A stretch of DNA of 47,782 nucleotides from an uncultured Gammaproteobacteria bacterium (lineage in GTDB: Bacteria; Patescibacteriota; Microgenomatia; UBA12405). The position numbers were made by a program, and so were the translations under genes. Positions 1 to 7,606 of the stretch are shown piece by piece. The stretch spans positions 1 to 47,782 of the forward strand of contig CAZSCX010000002.1 of the NCBI GenBank assembly GCA_964605545.1, written 5' to 3'. A model generated the notes under the pieces. It saw nothing but the letters and a program-made list of their open reading frames with translations. It had not been told where the DNA came from and made no database searches. The stretch's first letter is position 1. Each line of letters begins with the position of its first letter.

Positions 1-1632
1 CCAAACAAAGGGAAATAAAGAAGCCGAAGCCCCAACAATTTGATTGGGAAACAGATCGATATAAGATACTTGATCGATTGGACCTTCAATAAATTCACCT
101 TGATAACGAATAGGTACCCAGTCTTGCTGGATAATACCGGAATCATCAATTTTGATACCCAAATGGGTAACTTGATGATCATATTCATCATCAGCATCAA
201 GATAAATATAATCATCTGAGACTTTGAATTTTTTGCCTGATTTTTCTACTTTTCTAAAAGGAGCTTCGAGAAAACCATAGTCGTTAATTTTGGCATAGAG
301 GGCAAGATAAGTAACTAAACCAATATTTGGACCTTCAGGAGATCGAACAGCACAAATACGACCATATTGAGAAGAATGAACGTCACGAATAGAGAAAGCG
401 GCTCTTTCTCTGGTTAAACCACCTTGACCGACAACGGTGACACGACGAAGCAAATCCAATTCCGAAAGAGGATTGGTTTGGTCTAAAATAGCTGATAACT
501 GATTTGATCTAAAGAAAGTATTGAGAGCAGAAATAATTGGTTGAGGATTGATAATTTGGGAAGGATTACATTTGTCTTTTGTGGAAATCAAGGACATTCT
601 TTCTTTGACCATTCTTTCAAAGCGAGCTAAAGCCGGTCGAAGTGCAATTTGAGAAACAATTTCTCCAGCACAACGAAGACGACGATTAGCCAAGGAATCA
701 ATATCGTCAAGACGGGTAACTTCACCTTTTTGAAGTTTGATCAAATATTTGATAGTTTCGATTAAATCCTCTTTTCTAAGAATCCAATTTTCTTTGTTTT
801 TGTCATCAAAATTAAATTTAAATTTTTTATTGACCTTGAAACGACCAACAGGTCCAAGTTCGTAAGTGCGTAAATCAAAAAATCTTTCTTGAAAGAATTT
901 TTGGGCATTTTCCATGACAACTGGTTCACCTGGTCTAAGTTTCTTGTAAAATTCTATTATGGCTTCTTCGGAAGTTTTTGAGGGATCGGCAGAAATGGTA
1001 TTGTTGATAAAATCACCAAATTCAGAGACTAATTGTTTGTCATTGTAGCCGCAAGCAGCTCGAAGAATGATAGTAGCAGGAAATTTCTTTTTTCGATCAA
1101 TTCTGGCAAAAATAACATCTTTTTTACCAATAAAAAATTCCAACCATGAACCGCGAACTGGACGAAGTTCGGCATTGTATAGTAATTTACCGGTAGCAGC
1201 ATCGTTTTCGCCGGTAAAATAAACACCGGGTGAACGAACTAATTGATTGATAACACCTCTTTCGATACCATTAATAATAAAAGTACCTTCTTCGGTCATA
1301 GTCGGAAGATTTAGGAGAAAAACATTTTCTTCGACGGCGGAACTGGTTCTTTTGTTGACAAGTTTAGTAGCGATTTTTATGGGAACGGTATAGTTTAGAC
1401 CTTTGTGTTTGGCGGCTTCTGGACTGACAGAAATGGGGTCAAAATATAATTGACCAAGATTTAATTCCCAGTTATTACCGGTATAATCTGAGATTGGTGA
1501 AATCGATTGAAGAGTTTCTTGGAGATCTTTCTTGAGGAATTGTTGCCATGATTTTTTTTGAATCTCTATTAAATTAAGTTCTGGAAGTTTAGGGTATTTT
1601 TTACCCCAGTTGATTCTTTTTGCGGAAGACAT
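1..1632 (-). CDS. rpoB: DNA-directed RNA polymerase beta subunit, N-terminal 544 codons (gene runs off the left window edge)
   Basis: Open minus-strand frame from ATG at 1632 to the window edge; it is absent from the ORF track because it has no stop in the window. My translation starts MSSAKRINWGKKYPKLPELNLIEIQKKSWQQF and contains GTFIINGIERGVINQLVRSPGVYF and GLTRERAAFSIRDVHSSQYGRICAVRSPEGPNIGL, which are hallmark RpoB segments. Confidence 0.95.
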   Translation of the reverse strand, partial: MSSAKRINWGKKYPKLPELNLIEIQKKSWQQFLKKDLQETLQSISPISDYTGNNWELNLGQLYFDPISVSPEAAKHKGLNYTVPIKIATKLVNKRTSSAVEENVFLLNLPTMTEEGTFIINGIERGVINQLVRSPGVYFTGENDAATGKLLYNAELRPVRGSWLEFFIGKKDVIFARIDRKKKFPATIILRAACGYNDKQLVSEFGDFINNTISADPSKTSEEAIIEFYKKLRPGEPVVMENAQKFFQERFFDLRTYELGPVGRFKVNKKFKFNFDDKNKENWILRKEDLIETIKYLIKLQKGEVTRLDDIDSLANRRLRCAGEIVSQIALRPALARFERMVKERMSLISTKDKCNPSQIINPQPIISALNTFFRSNQLSAILDQTNPLSELDLLRRVTVVGQGGLTRERAAFSIRDVHSSQYGRICAVRSPEGPNIGLVTYLALYAKINDYGFLEAPFRKVEKSGKKFKVSDDYIYLDADDEYDHQVTHLGIKIDDSGIIQQDWVPIRYQGEFIEGPIDQVSYIDLFPNQIVGASASLFPFVW

Positions 1633-1689
1633 CGATAAATTTTAAAATTTTAAGTGTAAGGGCACACCTAGCCCTAGTAAATGTCATGT

Positions 1690-1718
1690 ATTATATCTAT
1701 AAATTGAACCTAATTCAA
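1690..1718 (-). promoter_or_regulatory. Putative sigma70-type promoter for rpoB (TTGAAT-N17-TATAAT), leader of about 50 nt
   Basis: The minus strand reads TTGAAT (1718-1713), a 17-nt spacer, then TATAAT (1695-1690). The downstream leader contains the hairpin AGGGC-N7-GCCCT. Confidence 0.35.
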
Positions 1719-1770
1719 CAGGCAAATTTAAATTAGATAATAGGTCGTAGATATCAAAAAATTGATAGTG

Positions 1771-1776
1771 TATATT
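1771..1776 (+). promoter_or_regulatory. Putative -10 box (TATATT) 6 nt upstream of ATG 1783 (leaderless pattern)
   Basis: The sequence reads gtgTATATTtattgtATG. The same -10-to-ATG geometry occurs at about a dozen other unit-first genes in this window. Confidence 0.35.
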
Positions 1777-1782
1777 TATTGT

Positions 1783-2274
1783 ATGAAGACAATAAAAATA
1801 TTTCTTTTTATGTTAGTTTTGGCTTTGTTTGTTTCGAAATCAGCTTGGGCAGGAGGTTTTACCGTTAGTTCAATAGGGGGCGTAACGACCAATAATTTAC
1901 AGGTATCGAAATTTTGGCACACCTCACTCAAACCTGTTTTTAGAGGAGTAGCACTACCAGGAGCTGATATAACAATTACAATTGACGGTACCGCTTTTCA
2001 AATTGCGGCTGATTCGGCAGGTGATTGGGTTTTTACTCCAACTGCTGATTTGACAGCAGGAGAACATCAGGTTGTTTTGACTAGTGGTGGTTCAACTCAA
2101 ACAATTACTTTAACAACAGGCAGTGTGGGAAGTGATCTTGGTGGTTGGTCTGATGCTAGTAGTAGTGCTTTGCCGGCTTCAGGGGTAGCCTGGCCGACAA
2201 TATTACTTTTAAGTGTGGGTGGACTAGGAATGGTTTTGGGTCTAAAATACCGAAATGCGAAAGTTTTATCTTAA
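1783..2274 (+). CDS. Secreted Ig-like-domain surface protein with C-terminal sortase sorting signal (LPASG + hydrophobic segment + KYRNAK)
   Basis: From ATG 1783 the protein begins MKTIKIFLFMLVLALFVSKSAWA, a signal peptide. The C-terminus is LPASG-VAWPTILLLSVGGLGMVLGL-KYRNAK, a tripartite cell-wall sorting signal. The track start at 1762 is a TTG; I prefer ATG 1783. Confidence 0.75.
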   Translation: MKTIKIFLFMLVLALFVSKSAWAGGFTVSSIGGVTTNNLQVSKFWHTSLKPVFRGVALPGADITITIDGTAFQIAADSAGDWVFTPTADLTAGEHQVVLTSGGSTQTITLTTGSVGSDLGGWSDASSSALPASGVAWPTILLLSVGGLGMVLGLKYRNAKVLS

Positions 2275-3241
2275 AACATTTGGTTGTGCCCAAAATACGG
2301 CTGATTCTCAAAGGATTAGAGCAAAGTATTTAATGGATGGGTATAAGGAAGTGGATAATTATGAAGATGCAGATGTGGTTATTATTAATAGTTGTATAGT
2401 GCGTGAGTCAGCAGAAAACAGGGTTTATGGGCTGGTGGATAATATTCGTAAAAGATATAAAAAGAATATATATATTATAGTAACGGGGTGTCTGGCTGGA
2501 ATTACAAAAAAAATAAAGAATGTAGACGAAATCTTACCGATAAAAAATATCTCATATGATATTGAGCCTTTGAGAAATACGGAAACTGCTTTGGTTCCAA
2601 TTTCCAGTGGTTGTAATAATTTTTGTTCATATTGCATTGTCCCCTATGCTAGAGGCAGGGAAATTAGCCGAAGTGAAAAAGAAATTTTGAGTGAAATCGA
2701 TAAAATTATTGCCGATGGCTACAAAAAAGTTTTGTTAATAGGCCAAAATGTGAATTCATGGAATAAAGATAAATTTTATGAATTATTGGAAAAAGTGGCC
2801 CAAAAAGATTTAGAGAAAATAAGTTTTGTATCGAGTAACCCTTGGGATTTTTCAGATAAATTGATTGAAGTAATTGCCAAATATAAAAATATTGACCGAT
2901 TAATTCATTTGCCATTACAATCGGGTGATGATGAGATATTAAAGAAAATGAATCGAAGATACACCAGTAAAGAATATTTGGATTTAATTAAAAAAATTAA
3001 AGATAAAGTTGAAGGAGTAAGATTTTCAACAGATATTATTATTGGGTTTTGTGGTGAAAATGAGAAGGCATTTGAAAATACAGTTAAAGTTTGCAAGAAA
3101 GTAAAATTTGAAATTGCTTATTTAAATAAATATTCGCCACGTCGGGGAACAGTCAGTGCCAAACTTTACAAAAACGATGTACCGCAGAAAGTAAAGAAAG
3201 AGAGGTGGGTAATTCTAAATAATCTGATTAATAACCAATAA
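2255..3241 (+). CDS. Radical-SAM methylthiotransferase, MiaB/RimO/MtaB family, lacking a C-terminal TRAM domain
   Basis: The N-terminus YLKTFGCAQNTADSQRI matches the UPF0004 domain, and CNNFCSYCIVPYARGRE is the CxxxCxxC radical-SAM motif. At 328 aa the protein ends right after the radical-SAM core. Its start overlaps the upstream gene by 20 nt. Confidence 0.85.
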   Translation: MRKFYLKTFGCAQNTADSQRIRAKYLMDGYKEVDNYEDADVVIINSCIVRESAENRVYGLVDNIRKRYKKNIYIIVTGCLAGITKKIKNVDEILPIKNISYDIEPLRNTETALVPISSGCNNFCSYCIVPYARGREISRSEKEILSEIDKIIADGYKKVLLIGQNVNSWNKDKFYELLEKVAQKDLEKISFVSSNPWDFSDKLIEVIAKYKNIDRLIHLPLQSGDDEILKKMNRRYTSKEYLDLIKKIKDKVEGVRFSTDIIIGFCGENEKAFENTVKVCKKVKFEIAYLNKYSPRRGTVSAKLYKNDVPQKVKKERWVILNNLINNQ

Positions 3242-3260
3242 CCAACTTCCAAAAAACAAA

Positions 3261-4172
3261 CTATTTCAGATACTTAGCAATGTTGGCGTTGTGTTCGGAA
3301 AGAGTTGTAGCATAGTGCATTTGATTGTCGTTACCGGTGATGTAAAACATATAGTTAGATTCGGTGGGATGAAAGGCGGCATAAATTGAATCATAACCAG
3401 GATTGCAAATTGGGCCAGGCGGTAACCCCCTATTTTTGTAGGTATTGTAGGGAGAAATAATATTGATATCACTGGATTTGATAGGTAACCAATAATCTTT
3501 TGGCGGTTTTAAGGTATCACGCAGATATTGGATAGTAGCATCGACTTGAAGAGCCATACCAATTTCTAGACGATTCATTAAAATACCGGCAACCATTTTT
3601 TTGGCTTCAAGAGATCTGGCTTCTCTTTCTACCAAAGATGCTAAAATAATAATTTCTTTATCTGATAATTTAGAAGTAAAACCTTCCTTGGCTTGAGCAA
3701 ATTTTTTATCAAAATTATCTTGAATTATTTTTAAAATTTGATCAGAGGTGTAATAGTCCGGTACTAAATAACTGTCCGGGAATAGATACCCTTCAAAAGA
3801 ACGGCTAAATCTAGGAGTAATTTCTTCAACTCTTTGACCTTCAATAATTCTTATCCAATAATCGGAAGTACCACCGGTAGTAAGTTTTTTGATGATTTCC
3901 GGAGTAGAAAGATTTTGAGAAAGACGATATTTTCCGGCTTGAATCTTGCTTTTTTGACCGGAAATATAGACGTTATAAAGAAAGAAATATTTATGACGAA
4001 TTAAAGAATTTTCTTGAAGACGAGTAGCGATTGAAGTTAATTTTTCACCTTTATTGATGACAAAATCTTGATTGTTTTTATTTGAAGAAACAGGTAAATT
4101 GCCTATTTTCAGGATAATAACAGGTACCAATAAAATTATTATCAAAAGAAAAATAAAACCGAATTTTCTCAT
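3261..4172 (-). CDS. mltG: Endolytic murein transglycosylase MltG (YceG family)
   Basis: N-terminal TM segment, LASLVEREA and YNTYKNRGLPPGPICNPG signatures, and the conserved position downstream of ruvX. Confidence 0.9.
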   Translation of the reverse strand: MRKFGFIFLLIIILLVPVIILKIGNLPVSSNKNNQDFVINKGEKLTSIATRLQENSLIRHKYFFLYNVYISGQKSKIQAGKYRLSQNLSTPEIIKKLTTGGTSDYWIRIIEGQRVEEITPRFSRSFEGYLFPDSYLVPDYYTSDQILKIIQDNFDKKFAQAKEGFTSKLSDKEIIILASLVEREARSLEAKKMVAGILMNRLEIGMALQVDATIQYLRDTLKPPKDYWLPIKSSDINIISPYNTYKNRGLPPGPICNPGYDSIYAAFHPTESNYMFYITGNDNQMHYATTLSEHNANIAKYLK

Positions 4173-4363
4173 TAGATTTCTGAAAATAAAGCGCGGCGAT
4201 AGTGATGATTATTTTTTATAAAAATACGACCGCATTTACATGTAACAGTCACCTGACCACGAACAGTTTTTTCAACACCTTTTTTTAGTGGAGCACCACA
4301 TCCAACACATCGTCCTTGTGATAGTAAATATGCCTGTATTGGTGCAATTAAATTTTTTATCAT
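4172..4363 (-). CDS. Small zinc-ribbon-like protein (63 aa), unknown function
   Basis: CVGCG...CKCG gives two Cys pairs. The ORF is translationally coupled on both sides (ATGA with ruvX, TAATG with mltG). Confidence 0.6.
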   Translation of the reverse strand: MIKNLIAPIQAYLLSQGRCVGCGAPLKKGVEKTVRGQVTVTCKCGRIFIKNNHHYRRALFSEI

Positions 4364-4728
4364 ATTGCCCTCCTTAAAATAACAGCGGCACTGACTGAGT
4401 CGATTAAAGATTTATATTTTTTCTTTGGTTTCTTGTTTTCCTTATAAATCTCGTCGGCTTCGATTGTTGAAACCGCTTCTTCAACAAGTTCGATATCTAA
4501 TTTTACCATGAGCTCTAGTTTTTCAACAAACTTTTTTGTCTTTTGAGCAAACACTCCTTCTGATATACCAACATAGATTTTGTCTATTTGATATTCTTTG
4601 ATAATTTTCTTTAAGTTATCAATCAAAGAGTTATCGTTTTTGACGGGAGAAATTGGAGAAATTACGCCATTGACGGCAGTTGCCAAACCAATGCGCTTGG
4701 TGCCATAATCGATTGCGAGAAAATTCAT
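4360..4728 (-). CDS. ruvX: Putative pre-16S rRNA nuclease / Holliday-junction-resolvase-like protein YqgF
   Basis: N-terminus MNFLAIDYGTKRIGLA is typical of the YqgF/RuvX family; the size is 122 aa. Confidence 0.9.
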   Translation of the reverse strand: MNFLAIDYGTKRIGLATAVNGVISPISPVKNDNSLIDNLKKIIKEYQIDKIYVGISEGVFAQKTKKFVEKLELMVKLDIELVEEAVSTIEADEIYKENKKPKKKYKSLIDSVSAAVILRRAI

Positions 4729-4734
4729 ATGATT

Positions 4735-4740
4735 ATTATA
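4735..4740 (-). promoter_or_regulatory. Putative -10 box TATAAT, 6 nt upstream of the ruvX ATG (leaderless pattern)
   Basis: The minus strand reads ctgTATAATaatcatATG within the 26-nt sortase-ruvX gap. Confidence 0.4.
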
Positions 4741-4754
4741 CAGTAAAATAGGTA

Positions 4755-5495
4755 CTATTCGGCGATTTTGGCTTTCACAACAAGACGTTTAATATAAGTT
4801 CCTGGAGGATAGCAAGTGACAAGGGTAAGAAAACGGCCATCATAACGTTGATCAAGAATGGAAAAATCTGTCGCTTTGACCTCAAAAATATCTTCGATAG
4901 AATAGGTATAATTTACGTTATCGTATTTTATAAAAATTTGATCATTGGCTTTTAATTTGAAAAGAGTTGAAAAAATAGTCAAATAAGATTTCGGGTTAAA
5001 AAACTGGGGTAAAACAGAATGACCAAAAATAACAGTGTTTCCCTTTTGGCCGGGCATGGCGGTCTGAGGATAATGAATTATACTTTTTTTGAGATCCATA
5101 CTGCCAATTTGGACTTCGGCATTGTTGATACCAAGTTTTGGAATAGAAATATAATATTTTTGGCCATTTTCCGGAGTCAATTCTTTTGATTGACTGACAT
5201 CTTGATTCTTATCTTGGATAAACCAACTGGAAAGTTGAGTATAATCGGCAGTGATACCGCCAATATTACTGTCTTGATTGTAAAAATTTGAAGATACCGG
5301 ACTTACTATTTTTTTGAAACGACTAGAATAAAAAAACTGAAAACCTAAAATTGGATAAAGAACTGAAAGGATGGCAAAAATACCCAATGAAAATAAAATA
5401 TACGAAAGATATTTTTTATTTAATTTCTCAAGTTTTGGAACCTTAAGAGATTTTTTTTGATGAGAAGTTTTCTTCTTGACGTAAACGTAGCCCAT
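4755..5495 (-). CDS. Sortase-family transpeptidase (membrane anchored)
   Basis: N-terminal TM segment; catalytic His in VIFGHS, the TLVTC active-site motif (FLTLVTCYP), and a downstream Arg (KRLVV). Confidence 0.85.
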   Translation of the reverse strand: MGYVYVKKKTSHQKKSLKVPKLEKLNKKYLSYILFSLGIFAILSVLYPILGFQFFYSSRFKKIVSPVSSNFYNQDSNIGGITADYTQLSSWFIQDKNQDVSQSKELTPENGQKYYISIPKLGINNAEVQIGSMDLKKSIIHYPQTAMPGQKGNTVIFGHSVLPQFFNPKSYLTIFSTLFKLKANDQIFIKYDNVNYTYSIEDIFEVKATDFSILDQRYDGRFLTLVTCYPPGTYIKRLVVKAKIAE

Positions 5496-7606
5496 TAATT
5501 TATTTTTGAAATGATTGTAATTCTAGAACCGATAATGGGCAGAGGAATTATTTTTCCAATTAAGGGTAAATTTGAATCAAATTCCCAATTATAAAAAGCA
5601 GATAAATCTTTTTTGAAATAGTTAAAAGCGCTGTTTTTGGTTTTCCCGGCAATTTTTGATCGAACAACGTTGATATTCAAAAGAGGAGCAGCTTTACCAT
5701 CAATAATTAAATTGCCAGTAGCTTGTGATGAATCTATTTTTTCAACTTCCATTTTTAAATTAAAAATTAAATTGTTTTGGTCCCATTTTGATTTGTCGGG
5801 AGAATCAATAAGAGCAGAAATTATTTTATTTTTTTCGGTGGGAGAGAGAGCAAAAACAGTGACATTTGATTCGAGAGTGGCACTAAGTTGATCGGTTTGT
5901 TCATTGACATCTCGATTAAATTCAATTCTTTTCGTATCAGTTTGAATTGTATCCAAGAGGACACCGGAAAGGTTGCTGACATCATTTTGGATTTTTTGGT
6001 CGACTTCTTTTTGGATTTCTTCTTTTAATTTGGCTTCTAAACTAGTTTTGTCATTTTTACTGACAACTTTTACTTCTTCTTTGATACCGCCAGAAAAATC
6101 CAGTTCAACTTTGGCAATAATTAAATTTTCGGAAAAATCTTTGAAGGTTAATTTGGTGTCCTTGGTAATATTAAATTCAGGACCAATTTGGGAGGCGGTA
6201 ACAACTGTTTTGGTTTGACCAAATTTCATTATGCCTTCAGCAAAATCAGATGTAGAACCAGCAATTTGGATAGGAGTAAGAAGTTCAAATTGTTTTCCGT
6301 CGGCCGAGGTGAGAATAGCACCTTTGGGAATATTTTGAACCTTGTCTTGTTTATTATAAACAATAATACTGCCACGAGCTTTTTCACCAACTACTTGTTT
6401 ACCGGTAGTTTCAATTTCTCCATTTACTTTAATTTCAAAAGTCTTTACCGTGACAGGAATTTTTTTGTTATTTAAGTCAGATTCGGTAATTTGAGAATCA
6501 AGTGTAATAGGAATGGTAGCAGTAATTGGATATGGATTAAGATAGAGAGTAATATCGACCTGATTAAGCAAAAGGATAGCTAGAAATAAAAGGGGAATAA
6601 AAGCAATAGGCCAAAGAAAAGAAACTAATTTAAATTTTGGTAATTTAAACTTGGGAAAATGTGGAAGAATTATTTTTCTTTTTTTCTTCTCTACTTTAAC
6701 TTCTGAAAAACCAAAATTTTCCATAGGAACAGTATCAAAATTAGTTTCCGGAATTGGTTCTTCATTTTTTTCCGGTTCTAATTGTTCAGCTTCAATCTCT
6801 AATTTTTCTTCTGGCTCAGGCAATATTTCCTCTTCTTTTGTTTCTTCTTTGATCGGTTCTGGAATAGTCGAGCTGATATTACTACCAATAATTTGATAAT
6901 TAATAAAATCACTCCAAATTTTAGTTATATCTTCGATGCTGTAAAATTTTATTTCCGGAAGATGAAAGAAGATGTCACCTATTTTTTTGCCTATCCATGG
7001 GTAATTTTTAATATCTTCAAGAGGCATTTGTTGGGTATCACCAAAAAAGATCAAAACTGGTGGCAGAGCAGATTCAAGAGATAGGGTATTTAATTTATTT
7101 TCGATTGTTTTTGGCGAAAATCCATCTTCGAAAACTTGGGAAAAGCGTTCTTTAATTTTGCCAAAATAGACTAAGGACAGATTGAATTGATGTTGTTTAA
7201 GATTTATGAGAATGTAGCTGTTGAGATTTGATTCATCGATTGATTGATTTTCGACAAAGGCATCGTCGTTGCTAATAAAGCCTAGCGGTTTAAATTTAAG
7301 TTTTCTACATATTTTTTCGACTAAAGCAATTTTATCTTTGGAAATTTGACCATCGATATCAATCCAAAAAGGAGAAAGGATAAAGGCGGCTGATTCCGGT
7401 TCTTCTTCTTCGGTGATACCGGATTGGAGACTAGTTTCACTCAAAGAGGCGTCAACAGCAAAAACAAGAGAATCTTCATCGGCTACTTCATAATTTCTAG
7501 GCTTGCCAATGATAATCCGAGACGATTGGGTCTCGTCAAAGAGAACCAAAGAAACATTGACTTCTTCTTCATCAATTGAAACTAACCAATAATCATGGCT
7601 ATTCAT
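5495..7606 (-). CDS. 703-aa bitopic membrane protein of unknown function (cytoplasmic N-domain, acidic linker, one TM segment, beta-rich ectodomain)
   Basis: Long ORF coupled by TAATG overlaps to alaS upstream and the sortase downstream. It has an acidic EEILPEPEEKLEIEAEQLEPEKNEEP linker and the TM segment LVSFLWPIAFIPLLFLAILLL. I do not securely recognise the family. Confidence 0.8.
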   Translation of the reverse strand: MNSHDYWLVSIDEEEVNVSLVLFDETQSSRIIIGKPRNYEVADEDSLVFAVDASLSETSLQSGITEEEEPESAAFILSPFWIDIDGQISKDKIALVEKICRKLKFKPLGFISNDDAFVENQSIDESNLNSYILINLKQHQFNLSLVYFGKIKERFSQVFEDGFSPKTIENKLNTLSLESALPPVLIFFGDTQQMPLEDIKNYPWIGKKIGDIFFHLPEIKFYSIEDITKIWSDFINYQIIGSNISSTIPEPIKEETKEEEILPEPEEKLEIEAEQLEPEKNEEPIPETNFDTVPMENFGFSEVKVEKKKRKIILPHFPKFKLPKFKLVSFLWPIAFIPLLFLAILLLNQVDITLYLNPYPITATIPITLDSQITESDLNNKKIPVTVKTFEIKVNGEIETTGKQVVGEKARGSIIVYNKQDKVQNIPKGAILTSADGKQFELLTPIQIAGSTSDFAEGIMKFGQTKTVVTASQIGPEFNITKDTKLTFKDFSENLIIAKVELDFSGGIKEEVKVVSKNDKTSLEAKLKEEIQKEVDQKIQNDVSNLSGVLLDTIQTDTKRIEFNRDVNEQTDQLSATLESNVTVFALSPTEKNKIISALIDSPDKSKWDQNNLIFNLKMEVEKIDSSQATGNLIIDGKAAPLLNINVVRSKIAGKTKNSAFNYFKKDLSAFYNWEFDSNLPLIGKIIPLPIIGSRITIISKIN

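Noticed and set aside
4360-4363. Alternative genetic code (UGA recoded), as in some candidate phyla
   Set aside because: TGA clearly functions as a stop in ATGA gene overlaps (4360, 14828, 17479, 22184, 37977, 46030). All conserved proteins read through uninterrupted in code 11.
6651-6900. Apparent repetitiveness in the middle of the 703-aa gene (E/P/K-rich, PKFKLPKFKL)
   Set aside because: This is low-complexity acidic/basic linker coding sequence, not a discrete DNA repeat array. The units are short and imperfect.
5637-7084. Several 60-95-aa plus-strand ORFs inside the 703-aa gene. Similar antisense or off-frame ORFs occur inside rpoB (1029-1226), ftsK, rnj, pnp, infB, nusA (23880-24296), dnaJ, dnaK, rmuC, gatB/gatA and the GT-C genes.
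   Set aside because: All are fully nested in long, well-supported genes on the opposite strand or in another frame. Their low-complexity translations are typical of shadow ORFs in AT-rich DNA.
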